Source: a virus (taxonomy: Duplodnaviria; Caudoviricetes). From it: 64,000 nucleotides of DNA. The notes under the pieces are model-generated. The model had not been told where the DNA came from. It searched no databases and saw only the letters and a list, made by a program, of their open reading frames with translations. The stretch's first letter is position 1; each line of letters starts with the position of its first letter. The position numbers and the translations under genes are program-made. Location of the stretch: the IMG/VR virus record IMGVR_UViG_642918906_000001, positions 96,001-160,000 of that record. The stretch is one strand, 5' to 3'. Shown piece after piece: positions 45,840 to 56,219 of the stretch.

Positions 45840-48007
45840 CTCTCAAATTTGGGCCAGTCTGTTTCAGTTGGAGGTTCATAGATACCCAGTTCGCCATTCG
45901 GGTCAGGATCGTTGTAAACGGTAATGTTGACATTACTAATACCCAAGCCAATTACAGGCATTGGATAATTACCTTCTTTAAAGGACGTCTCAACAATATC
46001 TACCATTGGATCGATACACCATTTACCTTGTTGACGATAATGCCATGAGATCTCTGGACCCACTACAGCATCGCTGATCAGATAGCGTGCTTTCTCAAGG
46101 GCAGCGTACTGCCTTAGAGCGATGTTAACAATAGGTACAATAAGCGTATCACCGGACGAAGCAGAGATATCACCAATACGGGGCATTACCATACCCAGCA
46201 CATGGAACTTGGTGTATTCCACATTGCGTAGGAATTGTGCAATGTAACTAGACATCTTTGACATCAGTCTAAGGAGTTCACGTTGTACTTCCCCAAGAGT
46301 AATGATCTTAACCAAGTTTGCACCGGTAGCGATGTTAATGGTATCTAACATCAACTGTTCCATGTCTGGATTGGACAAATCGGTAATGTCGAAGCCTTGA
46401 GCCTTAAAGTAATCATCCCATGCAATATCGCCGTCTACCAAGGTACACATGCGGTTCATGTAGTGCATGCGAACAATTTGTTCACAATACCCACGACCAA
46501 CCATGTGTTCTTGGAAACTATATAGTTCCCACTGTTTGATATATCGTTGATGTGCACCAACGCAGTCAAGATAGAACTGCTCTGTGGAGATATAGTCACT
46601 CATTGGAGGTGTCAGGTCTTGGATAGCCGTAATGATCCGATCAGGAATAATACGGATAGGTGACATCTCCCGCAGTTCAGCAAACGTAGGAGACCTTGGT
46701 CGCAATACATCGTAGGCTACGAACTTTGGAATAGTCGGACTTAGCCAACCGCGAGTTTTCATCCAGCAATACATCGTGATGATCCAAGCATCCTTAACCG
46801 ACATGGTCATGTTAACACCATTCTTAGGATTAGGTACTTGAATGAAAGCTCTATAGCGCTGACTTGATGCTAGGTCCAGCCACTCGTTCAATAGAACGTC
46901 CTGTAGACTGCGTACGTTAGACACAGAGCGGTCGATAACCTCAGAGTCATACACACGGGTAGGTAACGTGCTATAAGCTCCGTAACCCATGTCACGTTGG
47001 ATGTCACGCTCGGTATCGAATTGGACCAGAGCGTTGTCACGTGCCAATGGTTCTTCCCGTACTAAAATATTCATCGTAGGTACAGCGGCATTATCTTCAT
47101 CAACCACTTTGAAGTTAATGTCATGCTTAACCATTTCAGCAGAAGCTTTGAAGTCACGTAACAGGTTCTTAGAGTTCTGTTCCAGAGTGTATTCGAGAAT
47201 AGGAATACCGCGATGAGTTAGAATGTTTTGAACCAACCGCTTGAAGTTATCCTTACTACCGGCATGTCGCTGCAAGTAATTAATGTTACGGTATAACCAA
47301 AGCATCTGGTAAGTGTCAAGATAGGGGATGAAGTCATCTAGATGTTGATGCGATGCAAGGTATTCACGAATATGGTAACTATGGGCTTGGTTAGTCTTAG
47401 CTTTGTCTAAGCGCATTGCCATGATAGCAGGTACCATTCGCATATAGAGATTACCTAAGAAACCAGCATGGAACAGTGCATCGACTAAGTTGAACTGATC
47501 GTTGTACCAATGCAAATAGAATGCATCTACCCAATCTTGTAGTTCATAAATCAATATACCCTCTTGTTCCTCGATGTACTGTGCGTCGTAATAGAGGATT
47601 TTCCCATTGGGTGCGTCGATAGCCGTTTGGATGTCAACTGGGAAAAGGATACCTGTAATCAAGTCAACTTGTTTAGGGTATTGACGAGATAAACTTTTAT
47701 ATAGCGTACTACCCGGTACATAAGCCCGTGCAGTAGCTCGGTGGATAAGTAGATTGGCCTTAGTAAATTCAATCATTTCCAGCGTGTCAGCTGAACGAAC
47801 GTACATCATCTCATCGGTTGAATGATATTCCCCGGCTAAGTGCATGTAATATTTCCACGTAGTTGGTTCGTCTTGGTCTACAGTAATTGGATAGTTGCGC
47901 TCTAATTGATAGTTGATTTGTTCAGCAGTTTCACTAAACTTAATAATAACTGACCTTACCAATTTGATAGTGTCAGAACGATAAACATCAAAGTATACGT
48001 TACTCAT
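45836..48007 (-). CDS. Baseplate structural protein (phiKZ gp128-like)
   Basis: 723 aa; WKYYMHLAGEYH and WLYRNI..L..HAG segments; synteny. Confidence 0.65.
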   Translation of the reverse strand: MSNVYFDVYRSDTIKLVRSVIIKFSETAEQINYQLERNYPITVDQDEPTTWKYYMHLAGEYHSTDEMMYVRSADTLEMIEFTKANLLIHRATARAYVPGSTLYKSLSRQYPKQVDLITGILFPVDIQTAIDAPNGKILYYDAQYIEEQEGILIYELQDWVDAFYLHWYNDQFNLVDALFHAGFLGNLYMRMVPAIMAMRLDKAKTNQAHSYHIREYLASHQHLDDFIPYLDTYQMLWLYRNINYLQRHAGSKDNFKRLVQNILTHRGIPILEYTLEQNSKNLLRDFKASAEMVKHDINFKVVDEDNAAVPTMNILVREEPLARDNALVQFDTERDIQRDMGYGAYSTLPTRVYDSEVIDRSVSNVRSLQDVLLNEWLDLASSQRYRAFIQVPNPKNGVNMTMSVKDAWIITMYCWMKTRGWLSPTIPKFVAYDVLRPRSPTFAELREMSPIRIIPDRIITAIQDLTPPMSDYISTEQFYLDCVGAHQRYIKQWELYSFQEHMVGRGYCEQIVRMHYMNRMCTLVDGDIAWDDYFKAQGFDITDLSNPDMEQLMLDTINIATGANLVKIITLGEVQRELLRLMSKMSSYIAQFLRNVEYTKFHVLGMVMPRIGDISASSGDTLIVPIVNIALRQYAALEKARYLISDAVVGPEISWHYRQQGKWCIDPMVDIVETSFKEGNYPMPVIGLGISNVNITVYNDPDPNGELGIYEPPTETDWPKFES

Positions 48008-48042
48008 GGTAAGATACTCACTTAGTAATTTGGGAGTTTTAA

Positions 48043-50796
48043 ATGACTCAAAGTAAGAAAGTGGATACTTATCCTAAATTGGCAGCCCTTCGTTTAGGTC
48101 ATGCAGCTACACCTACTAACGCCGTTTTAAACATTCTGCGTAAAGGTGTCAATGACCCAACTGGTTCGGCATCACAACCCAAAGTGGATGTGAACCGCTA
48201 CACTATGGATAAGGTGTCCCGACAGACATCGCAAGATCAGACTGACTCTGATGCAGTTATGCAACTGCTACCAGAACTTCAGTTGGTAAAAACCGTAACC
48301 ATTGGTACGACACTCGATCCAAAGTCGATGTCTGAATCTAACCTTACGTTCACCGTTGACCCTACTGTGTTCGACAGTGAGATTGGTAAGTTGTTGCTTG
48401 AGCCAATTGAAACTTTCTTCAAGAAAGACTATAAGATTGACGACCGCCTCGACCTCATCCTGACGGATTGCTTGTTCACCAAGGGTTCATCGGTGCTATG
48501 CGTATTACCTGAGAACACATTGGACTCTCTGGTAAACGGTCGACAACAAATGTCGATGGAATCTTTTGAACAGATTCGTAATCACGTTAGTGCCTCTAAT
48601 AATAAGCCACTAGGTATTTTAGGATCACCCAAGCCACGTGGTACAGGGCCAAAGATCTCCCTTGAATATCATGATGGGGTTTCAGCAGAATCGGGTGTAA
48701 AAGGTTATGCTGAATTCTTGAAGAAAAACGTTACACTTGAACACATCACTGTAACTGATAACTTCGATGGCCTAAAGATTCCTCAGATGTCTCAACGTAT
48801 CCGTGAGCTTACGATCGCACAGAAACTGCGCGGGCGTAATATCTCTATGGAAGCTGAAGTTCACCACTTCAAGAACAAAGAGATTGAAGAACTCTATCAG
48901 GCTACTCATGCAACTTCTGAACAGACTCAAGTTATTTCCTCACCGAAGTATATGTCACGTCCGTCAGTCGGTCATCCCCTGATTCTTCCACTTCCACCAG
49001 AGTCAGTCATTCCAGTATTCGTATCTGGTCGACCTTACGAACACATTGGTTATTTCCTGCTGGTAGACCATAACGGTTATCCAGTCTCGAAAGACACCAC
49101 TCGTGACTTCTATGGTGAGATGCAGTCGGGTTGGAAGTCCAGTACCCAAGGTGGGTCTAACGCTCAAGGTTCTAGTGAAATCCTTCGACTGACCCGTGAG
49201 GCAATGGGTGACAACGGCAATAAGTCTGAGTACGAAGTAGACCATATCCAACAGGCTTTCAACGCCATCCTGACTAGCGACCTGAACAACCGTCTCCGTA
49301 ACGGGATGTACGATCAGGAAATTGAAGTTGGCATGTCGCAAGAGATCCAGCGGATTATGCTTTACCGTAGCTGGAAAGCTAAGTCGACTCAGTTGGTTTT
49401 CGTACCAGTTGAACTCATGACCTACATCGCATTCGACTACAACAACAATGGTATCGGTGAAACTCTGATTGCTCGTACTAAGATGTTGTCGACAATGCGT
49501 ACCACACTGCTGTTCGCTGAAACCATTGGTGGTATGCGTAACGCAATGGGTCGTAAGAAAGTCCGTATCGAAATCGACCCAGATGATCCAGATCCAGAAC
49601 AAACGATCTCCAACATCCAATCGGTTATCATGGAACAGTCTCACCGGAGTTTCCCTCTGGCTGCACCTGATCCAGGACAAACCTTGGATGCACTGATGCG
49701 TTCTGGTTATGACTTTGAGATTAACTCTAACGACTCGGCCTATGCTTCGACTAAGGTTGAGTTTGACGATTACAATACCAATGTCAATGCTGGTAACCCA
49801 GATCTGCAAGACCGTCTTCGCCGTTATCACATCAGCTCCTTTGGTATTCCACCAGAGAAAGTTGACCCAATGGCTAGTCCAGACTTTGCAACCTCGATCG
49901 TGAACAACGACTTGGTTACGGCACGTGTGGTTAAAGAACGTCAGAAAGCATTGTGTGAACACCTGTCTAAGTTCATCCGTGTATTCTCCGTACATAGTTC
50001 CATTATCCGTGATGCGCTGAAAACTAAGATCCACGACAACGTTTCCATGATCGTATCCCCTGAGTTGAAGAAACTCACGGTAGATGAACTTATCGATGAA
50101 TTCATCTTGGCAATCAGCGTAGGTCTCCCTGCACCAGACAACACTCAACATGAGCGTCAACTGGAAGCATTGGAAGTTTACGAACGCTTGCTGGATAAGG
50201 CACTGGAATCTCATATCACTCCAGATATGTTCCCAGATGACCTCACTGAGATCGCAGGCCTGGCCGATGATATCTTGCTTAACACCAAAGCAATGTTCAT
50301 GCGTCAATACATGGCTACTAACAACATCATGCCAGAGTTGAATATTCTGACCGAGATGGATGGTAATAGACCAGCGTTCAGTCTGTTGGACTTCATCAAT
50401 ACCCAACGTGCAACAACCGTTCAGGCATTCCTTGAATACGCGGCAGGTAAGAAGAAGTTCAAAGATCGTCTGCACTCACTCTACAAAGAAATTATTGAGT
50501 CTATCAATAATGACGCCGATGGCGGCGGCTTTGGTGATAGTGGTGGCGGTGGTTTCGGCGACGAGCCAACTGACGATGAAGGTGGTGGGTTTGATGATGA
50601 TTCGTCGTTTGACGATACATCTAACAATGAACTCGATGACGATTCACAAAATGAATTGGATTCAGATTTCAGTATGGACAATACCCAAGAGTCCGATGAT
50701 CTTGCTGAAGATGATGACGCCTCTGATCTTAATGATCCGATGCAATCAGCTGAAGAAGATGAGAACGAGGAAGACGAAGGTAGTCGCCCTCAGTAG
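48043..50796 (+). CDS. Portal protein (phiKZ gp129-like)
   Basis: 917 aa; internal SME/SLE sites; acidic disordered tail; position divergent from baseplate genes. Confidence 0.7.
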   Translation: MTQSKKVDTYPKLAALRLGHAATPTNAVLNILRKGVNDPTGSASQPKVDVNRYTMDKVSRQTSQDQTDSDAVMQLLPELQLVKTVTIGTTLDPKSMSESNLTFTVDPTVFDSEIGKLLLEPIETFFKKDYKIDDRLDLILTDCLFTKGSSVLCVLPENTLDSLVNGRQQMSMESFEQIRNHVSASNNKPLGILGSPKPRGTGPKISLEYHDGVSAESGVKGYAEFLKKNVTLEHITVTDNFDGLKIPQMSQRIRELTIAQKLRGRNISMEAEVHHFKNKEIEELYQATHATSEQTQVISSPKYMSRPSVGHPLILPLPPESVIPVFVSGRPYEHIGYFLLVDHNGYPVSKDTTRDFYGEMQSGWKSSTQGGSNAQGSSEILRLTREAMGDNGNKSEYEVDHIQQAFNAILTSDLNNRLRNGMYDQEIEVGMSQEIQRIMLYRSWKAKSTQLVFVPVELMTYIAFDYNNNGIGETLIARTKMLSTMRTTLLFAETIGGMRNAMGRKKVRIEIDPDDPDPEQTISNIQSVIMEQSHRSFPLAAPDPGQTLDALMRSGYDFEINSNDSAYASTKVEFDDYNTNVNAGNPDLQDRLRRYHISSFGIPPEKVDPMASPDFATSIVNNDLVTARVVKERQKALCEHLSKFIRVFSVHSSIIRDALKTKIHDNVSMIVSPELKKLTVDELIDEFILAISVGLPAPDNTQHERQLEALEVYERLLDKALESHITPDMFPDDLTEIAGLADDILLNTKAMFMRQYMATNNIMPELNILTEMDGNRPAFSLLDFINTQRATTVQAFLEYAAGKKKFKDRLHSLYKEIIESINNDADGGGFGDSGGGGFGDEPTDDEGGGFDDDSSFDDTSNNELDDDSQNELDSDFSMDNTQESDDLAEDDDASDLNDPMQSAEEDENEEDEGSRPQ

Positions 50797-50797
50797 A

Positions 50798-50838
50798 CAA
50801 CATAAGACCCCGACCGTAAGGCCGGGGCTTTATGCCGT
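50798..50838. terminator. Bidirectional terminator
   Basis: CAACATAAGA-CCCCGACC-GTAA-GGCCGGGG-CTTTATGCCG between convergent genes. Confidence 0.75.
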
Positions 50839-52124
50839 TAACCTTCTACTCCGATAATACGGAAGTAAGCAGTCTCGTTCTTAACTGGCTGAGCCGGGTA
50901 GCGTCCACCGTTTACAGCTTTCTGTTGTAACCATGGGCGGTGATGAGCATCGTAGTTATTACGTTGGTTCATGGTCGCACAGTACACATATAACTGCTCT
51001 ACTGTTGGAGCTAACTGACTCTTGGCCATACCGGGTTCTTTGATGATGTGATAATCTAGCATCTTACCGTAAGCCCCTACCATCGGCAGTTGCTCTTGCT
51101 TACCATCAATGAATCGACCAGGTTCATTAAGATACTGAACTGGTTCGAAAGATTGGAAGAACGTTGGGGAATCAACAATAACAAAGAAACTCTGACTCAG
51201 TTTAAGGTAAGCCCTAATGACGGAATCATCTTTTAACTGCTGTGCATTGAATAACGTTTCACTATCGGGATCTGATTCAAGCCCTAAGCTACTGAGGTCC
51301 ATATCTTTAACCGATTGAATATACCGATTAAGGAACATCATTCGGCCGAAGCTTAGACGCCAGGTATTATCATTAACCCGCTCGTAAACATCTGAGAGTA
51401 CGTTAAGGTAACCGCCTGTTACCAACAACACCGTTTTGTCTTTGATATCGACATCACTTGGTAGTTTCAAATATGTAGCGTCCCAAAGAGGAGTGTCTTC
51501 AGAAGAAGCGATAATCATTTCATCAGTAATTGGAACAAACTTTAATTTACCAATCGTTTCAAATGAGTATAAACCAATCTGGTTATCATTAGACCTTAGT
51601 ACTGTTTTGTTACCATCGATAATCCTTACGCCATTTACAGTCCAGTCAGTTAAATGGAAATAACCATTTACTGAGATCAAACAGTTATCACGGATTACCT
51701 GTGGCTTAAACTTAGGATGAGTTAACACTAAGTCATCTTTATAGTGAACGGAGATATCTTGGTCAATATGACCATTGGCTGGAGCGGCTTGAATATCGTA
51801 ACCACAATGCCAGGCTTGTGCATACTTAACCAAACGAAGTTTCTCGTTGGGTAGCTGTGCATCAAATGGAAGTGTTTTGTTACCAATAGAAGTCAACCAT
51901 TGTTGTACAGTCAGCATAGGGTCAACACCATTTAAAGTGTATTCCACATTCGACCAGTGCAGTGCCTTTAATACAGGGCTACCTGCTCCTGGGTACTCGA
52001 TGTACAAATAGATATCACCATAGTTTGCAGAGAGCGTACCGATTGGCTCGTCAGCCAAATCAGCCTCGGCCCAGCGACCGTCGCGTCGATCTCGGCGGTA
52101 TCTTGCCCGTACTAATTCGTACAT
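50838..52124 (-). CDS. Virion structural protein (phiKZ gp130-like)
   Basis: 428 aa; SD GGAGGT; CLISVNGYFH segment. Confidence 0.65.
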   Translation of the reverse strand: MYELVRARYRRDRRDGRWAEADLADEPIGTLSANYGDIYLYIEYPGAGSPVLKALHWSNVEYTLNGVDPMLTVQQWLTSIGNKTLPFDAQLPNEKLRLVKYAQAWHCGYDIQAAPANGHIDQDISVHYKDDLVLTHPKFKPQVIRDNCLISVNGYFHLTDWTVNGVRIIDGNKTVLRSNDNQIGLYSFETIGKLKFVPITDEMIIASSEDTPLWDATYLKLPSDVDIKDKTVLLVTGGYLNVLSDVYERVNDNTWRLSFGRMMFLNRYIQSVKDMDLSSLGLESDPDSETLFNAQQLKDDSVIRAYLKLSQSFFVIVDSPTFFQSFEPVQYLNEPGRFIDGKQEQLPMVGAYGKMLDYHIIKEPGMAKSQLAPTVEQLYVYCATMNQRNNYDAHHRPWLQQKAVNGGRYPAQPVKNETAYFRIIGVEG

Positions 52125-52216
52125 GTTTTACCTCCAGGAGTAAGATTGGACAATTCTATGTGAATTTCACATCATTACGCTAACAACAGCGCACTAGTGC
52201 TTCCTAGGAGGGCGCG

Positions 52217-54433
52217 ATGGCTTACAGTACAACTAATCTGTATCCAGAAGACCTTAACGGGACTAACCCGGCGAACTTGATTACTAACGAACCACAAACG
52301 TTACAAGTACCTGGTCCCGAAGACTACTACTTTATTATCCCGAAGGCGGCCCCGTTCTTCGTTGACTCCGTGAAGGTACTCAACGCTGCAACAATGCAAC
52401 CTTACGTGGAAGGTGATGACTACCAGCTAGGTCACCAATTCATTGAAGCTATGGACTCTACTGGTCGACCCATTGCCGGTAGTATTCGTTTCATGCGACC
52501 TACCATCACCGGTCAAGTACTTATTACTTACCGAACGTTGGGTGGTCCATGGGGCTTCAGTGATCAGGCGATCATGCGTGAGCTGTCGAACAAACTCGTC
52601 AACCCACTCATCCGCAGTTGGGGTGACATTGATCCGCTCCCTTACTCATTCCCACCATTACCCCATGATCAGCGAATCGACACACTTATTGGTTCTAAAC
52701 AGATCAATGACACCTTGATTCACATTGCTGAGATCATGGAAGCAACTGCTGAAGGGACCACACAATCTCACCTTAATGACTTTAATAACCCGCACCGGGT
52801 TAACAAGACCCAGGTAGGTTTGGGTAACGTCCCCAACTTTGCAATGGCTACCGATCAAGAGCATCAAGATGGTACTCGTAACGATTTGTTTACGAATCCT
52901 CGTGGTGTCCTGTTGATGATTCAGAAGTTTGCATTGGTTCCATTAGATGCACACATCGCCGACTATGGCAACCCACATCGGGTTAACAAGTCACAGGTAG
53001 GTTTGGGTAACGTACCAAACTTTGCAAAAGCAACTGCGGCGCAAGCAATAGATCCGACCAACGACTCGACATTCATGACTCCTTACACGGCAGCCCTGCT
53101 CGTGCAAAGTATGTCTAATGATCCACGTCTTGATCAATTGATCCTTGATTTCAACGAACACATCACTGCTAACAACCCGCACAATATCACACCTGCTCTG
53201 ATTGGCACTTACACATCGGAACAAATCGACGATATGATCGATGCTGTTTCCAGAGGTGGTGATGCAGCAACGTTCGACGGCCAAGATGCCGCACAGTGGG
53301 AAGCTAAGTTCCCGTCTAACGCTGACATGAATGCCATCCTCGATGAACTGTTCCAGACATTTGTTGATGCAAGTACCGCTTGGGCTCAATTGGATGTAAG
53401 TGATCCACTCACCCCTGCTGAGAAAGATACCATTGCAGCACGGCGATTGAGTTGGACGTTTGGCGACTACAACGCGTATGCGCTGTATAACTCTCTTGGG
53501 GACGGGGTTATTCAAGCTTCATCCGAAGTCGGTAATGGATTCCCAACTGGGGCAGTTGCTAACATGGTAGGTCGTTGGGGTACCACTAGTAATGGTGCAT
53601 ACTACGTTAACGATAATGGCACTGTTAAAGTTTGGGGTAGTGGTCCGGTTACTTTACCGACTAAGTATACCAACGCTTCAGATGCGGCTTTTGATCCGAT
53701 CGCAGCAGTGTACCCTTCTCTGGATTGGGTAATCCTACATTCTAGAGCTGGTGAGATCCTACGTGTGTCCCGAGGTACTGCCGCCAATGGTACGGGCGTG
53801 GTTCTTAAGAACGGTGACAACATTGTGTGGAGCATGTACCTTAATAACGGTATGGCCGATAACCGAGTATGTGCTATTTACGAGGACTCGGAGTCGAACT
53901 GGTTTGCTTTGGGTGATACTAGCTGGGTGGCGGCTTGTAATGCGTTACTATCGGCAGCCACCGCGGCTGATGCGACTGTGCTCGACGTACGTATTGGCAC
54001 CAATACCCTGGTGATCATCACCGAGACTGGTCCAGATACAGCTAAGGTTCAGAAAGTATACGTCTACGCTATCAACTGGGGTGGAACAATTACTCTAACT
54101 GACGTTAGTGGTACTACGGCTGTTCGTAACCACACTACAGGTGAAGTTCTGATGGCCGACCAACTGACTGGGGTTACTCAGGTAGCCGGCTCGTTTAACC
54201 ATACGGTACTTACTCGTCCGATTGCACCCGATCAAGAGCTTTGCGATCTGTTATCATTCGGTGACGACTCTAACGGTCAACTCGAGATCCCAGCGACATC
54301 GGCACCATTCTTAGCTATCGGTGCAGGTTACGGTTTTACAGTGACCATCAACCAATTCCGCTACGCTGAGTTCTGGGGTGATTCTCCAGACAACTCGCTG
54401 CTGTATCGTGGATCAGCTAGTATCGCACCTTAA
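52217..54433 (+). CDS. Tail fibre/baseplate protein (phiKZ gp131-like)
   Basis: 738 aa; HxxDxxNPH...QVGLGNVPN repeats; beta-propeller-like C-terminus. Confidence 0.8.
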   Translation: MAYSTTNLYPEDLNGTNPANLITNEPQTLQVPGPEDYYFIIPKAAPFFVDSVKVLNAATMQPYVEGDDYQLGHQFIEAMDSTGRPIAGSIRFMRPTITGQVLITYRTLGGPWGFSDQAIMRELSNKLVNPLIRSWGDIDPLPYSFPPLPHDQRIDTLIGSKQINDTLIHIAEIMEATAEGTTQSHLNDFNNPHRVNKTQVGLGNVPNFAMATDQEHQDGTRNDLFTNPRGVLLMIQKFALVPLDAHIADYGNPHRVNKSQVGLGNVPNFAKATAAQAIDPTNDSTFMTPYTAALLVQSMSNDPRLDQLILDFNEHITANNPHNITPALIGTYTSEQIDDMIDAVSRGGDAATFDGQDAAQWEAKFPSNADMNAILDELFQTFVDASTAWAQLDVSDPLTPAEKDTIAARRLSWTFGDYNAYALYNSLGDGVIQASSEVGNGFPTGAVANMVGRWGTTSNGAYYVNDNGTVKVWGSGPVTLPTKYTNASDAAFDPIAAVYPSLDWVILHSRAGEILRVSRGTAANGTGVVLKNGDNIVWSMYLNNGMADNRVCAIYEDSESNWFALGDTSWVAACNALLSAATAADATVLDVRIGTNTLVIITETGPDTAKVQKVYVYAINWGGTITLTDVSGTTAVRNHTTGEVLMADQLTGVTQVAGSFNHTVLTRPIAPDQELCDLLSFGDDSNGQLEIPATSAPFLAIGAGYGFTVTINQFRYAEFWGDSPDNSLLYRGSASIAP
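52787..53027 (+). repeat. Two ~58-bp direct repeats encoding NPHRVNKxQVGLGNVPNFA
   Basis: Copies at 52787 and 52970, 183 nt apart. Confidence 0.85.
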
Positions 54434-54444
54434 GGAGGTGACCT

Positions 54445-54768
54445 ATGGCAATGGCTACCTTTCGAGTTAACCTCGATAAACTGAAGACAGCTATTCTTCA
54501 GTTATTCAATGGTCAACTGCAAAAAGTAACTACTCTTAAAGATCGTTTGAATGAACATACCTTAGCAACTGGTAATGTTCACGATCTTGAACCACGTGAC
54601 ATCGGTTTGGGTAACGTACCTGACTGGACACCTGCCACTAAAGTGCAGGCACAGCAAGGTTTGAGTAACAACGCCTTCATGACCCCACGCCGGGTGGATG
54701 ATTACGCAGACGCTAATATCTTCACCGTCATTGGTGATGCATTTAAAGACGCGGCTGATGATCTTTAA
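54445..54768 (+). CDS. Short tail-fibre paralog (phiKZ gp132-like)
   Basis: 107 aa; NVH...IGLGNVPD...FMTP repeat unit. Confidence 0.75.
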   Translation: MAMATFRVNLDKLKTAILQLFNGQLQKVTTLKDRLNEHTLATGNVHDLEPRDIGLGNVPDWTPATKVQAQQGLSNNAFMTPRRVDDYADANIFTVIGDAFKDAADDL

Positions 54769-54781
54769 ACACAACTAAACG

Positions 54782-54828
54782 GCAGAGGGAGCGCTGGTTA
54801 ATCCCAGTGCTTCCCCTGCTGTTATTTT
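54782..54828 (+). terminator. Long imperfect hairpin, possible terminator
   Basis: GCAGAGGGAGCGCTGG...CCAGTGCTTCCCCTGC followed by TGTTATTTT. Confidence 0.5.
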
Positions 54829-54842
54829 CCCTTGGAGCTGAC

Positions 54843-56210
54843 ATGGCTGACATTTATGTAAAGTATCCGTATGACCCTACTGGGAAGAATGCGGATAACC
54901 TAGTGTCTGGAGAACTACATACACTGACTCCAGTTAGTGGGTTCCCTTACAAAATTATTACCATGAACAATGGTGGCTTCTATGCTCGGACCTGCCGTGT
55001 ATATGACGCTGACTATAATCGCTTGGTGGAAAGTGTAGATTACATCTTAACTTACCGCTACGCACACCTCTCCCAAATGCTGGGACTTGAGGTTGTTAAC
55101 GACATCGTTTTCTTAGATCAGTCCCGTGTTGGCTCCGTGTATATATCGGCTCAGATGGTCGGTAGCGATGTGGCGTTTAGTTTGACCGGTATTCCAGACT
55201 ATGTTGAGTGGTACAGTAATCAAGAAGCTGGGTACTTACCACGAATGTTTGACTACAACGGTAATGAACCAGAATGGGGACCCGGTGAGCTTGATAAGGA
55301 GCGTTGGCGCTTAGACACATACCAACCGTTCAACAATGAGATCTACGAGCTTAGTCGGGCAGCTGAAGGCGGTCGTGGTGTAGGTGAAGACAACTTCCGT
55401 AAACAAGTAAAGGACAAGTACAATGCTTTCCTTGCAATGTTTACAGATCGGTTACAGCGTCACATCGATGATAAAGATAACCCGCACGTTACAACAAAGA
55501 ACCACTTGAAATTAGGGTTACTGCAAAACTACAGACTTGCAACGGTGACGGAGTCTAGACAAGGTGTATCAAACGCACTGTATCAAACGCCTGAGTTGTC
55601 TTGGCAAACCATTGATGCATTAGCTATGCAGCCGCTGAATAGTCATATCACCAACTACAGTAACCCTCACCAGACAACACCTGAGAAGATTGACTCACCA
55701 CGGAAGACTGTGGTTGATTCAACAATAGCTAGTAAGTACCTAGATAACGAAACGGTGGCTAATGCTAACTTGTTCATGAATGGTGCAACAGGCTTCACTT
55801 ATTCGCAGTACTATGCCGCTGTTCGGAGTAATATCCCAGCCGCAAGTTTTGCCGTGATTGGAGGATACTTGAACCCATACCGTCTTGGTCGGGGATCACC
55901 CGCATCAAACACAGTACTTCGTTCAGGTCCTAATCCAAGTTGGCAAACGATTGACTCGCTCATCATTGAAGCTAAACCACGCGCAGCACCGGGTTTAATG
56001 GCTATGGCATTTCCAGGTGGTACTACGCCTTCCAATGCGTTTAACGCTGCCATCCAACAGCCTTGGGCTTACACTGCCAATTTAGGGTCCATCATTTGTT
56101 ATCGCCTAACAGACACGTATGTTTGGGGTGCGGGTAACGGTGCTTGGGGTACAAGCCATAGTGTTCTTTACGTAGCCTATAAATCCGCTGGTGGTTGGGT
56201 TCAAGTGTGA
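54843..56210 (+). CDS. Tail fibre paralog (phiKZ gp133-like)
   Basis: Start MADIYVKYPYDPTG; SD GGAG; NPH repeats. Confidence 0.75.
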   Translation: MADIYVKYPYDPTGKNADNLVSGELHTLTPVSGFPYKIITMNNGGFYARTCRVYDADYNRLVESVDYILTYRYAHLSQMLGLEVVNDIVFLDQSRVGSVYISAQMVGSDVAFSLTGIPDYVEWYSNQEAGYLPRMFDYNGNEPEWGPGELDKERWRLDTYQPFNNEIYELSRAAEGGRGVGEDNFRKQVKDKYNAFLAMFTDRLQRHIDDKDNPHVTTKNHLKLGLLQNYRLATVTESRQGVSNALYQTPELSWQTIDALAMQPLNSHITNYSNPHQTTPEKIDSPRKTVVDSTIASKYLDNETVANANLFMNGATGFTYSQYYAAVRSNIPAASFAVIGGYLNPYRLGRGSPASNTVLRSGPNPSWQTIDSLIIEAKPRAAPGLMAMAFPGGTTPSNAFNAAIQQPWAYTANLGSIICYRLTDTYVWGAGNGAWGTSHSVLYVAYKSAGGWVQV

Positions 56211-56219
56211 GGTAATAAA

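Noticed and set aside
49003-50475. 490-aa antisense ORF within the portal gene
   Set aside because: Shadow ORF with no independent coding signal.
52787-53027. Direct repeats as possible CRISPR or DGR template/variable repeats
   Set aside because: Only two in-frame coding copies, with mostly synonymous differences that are not A-specific; no RT or cas gene in the window.
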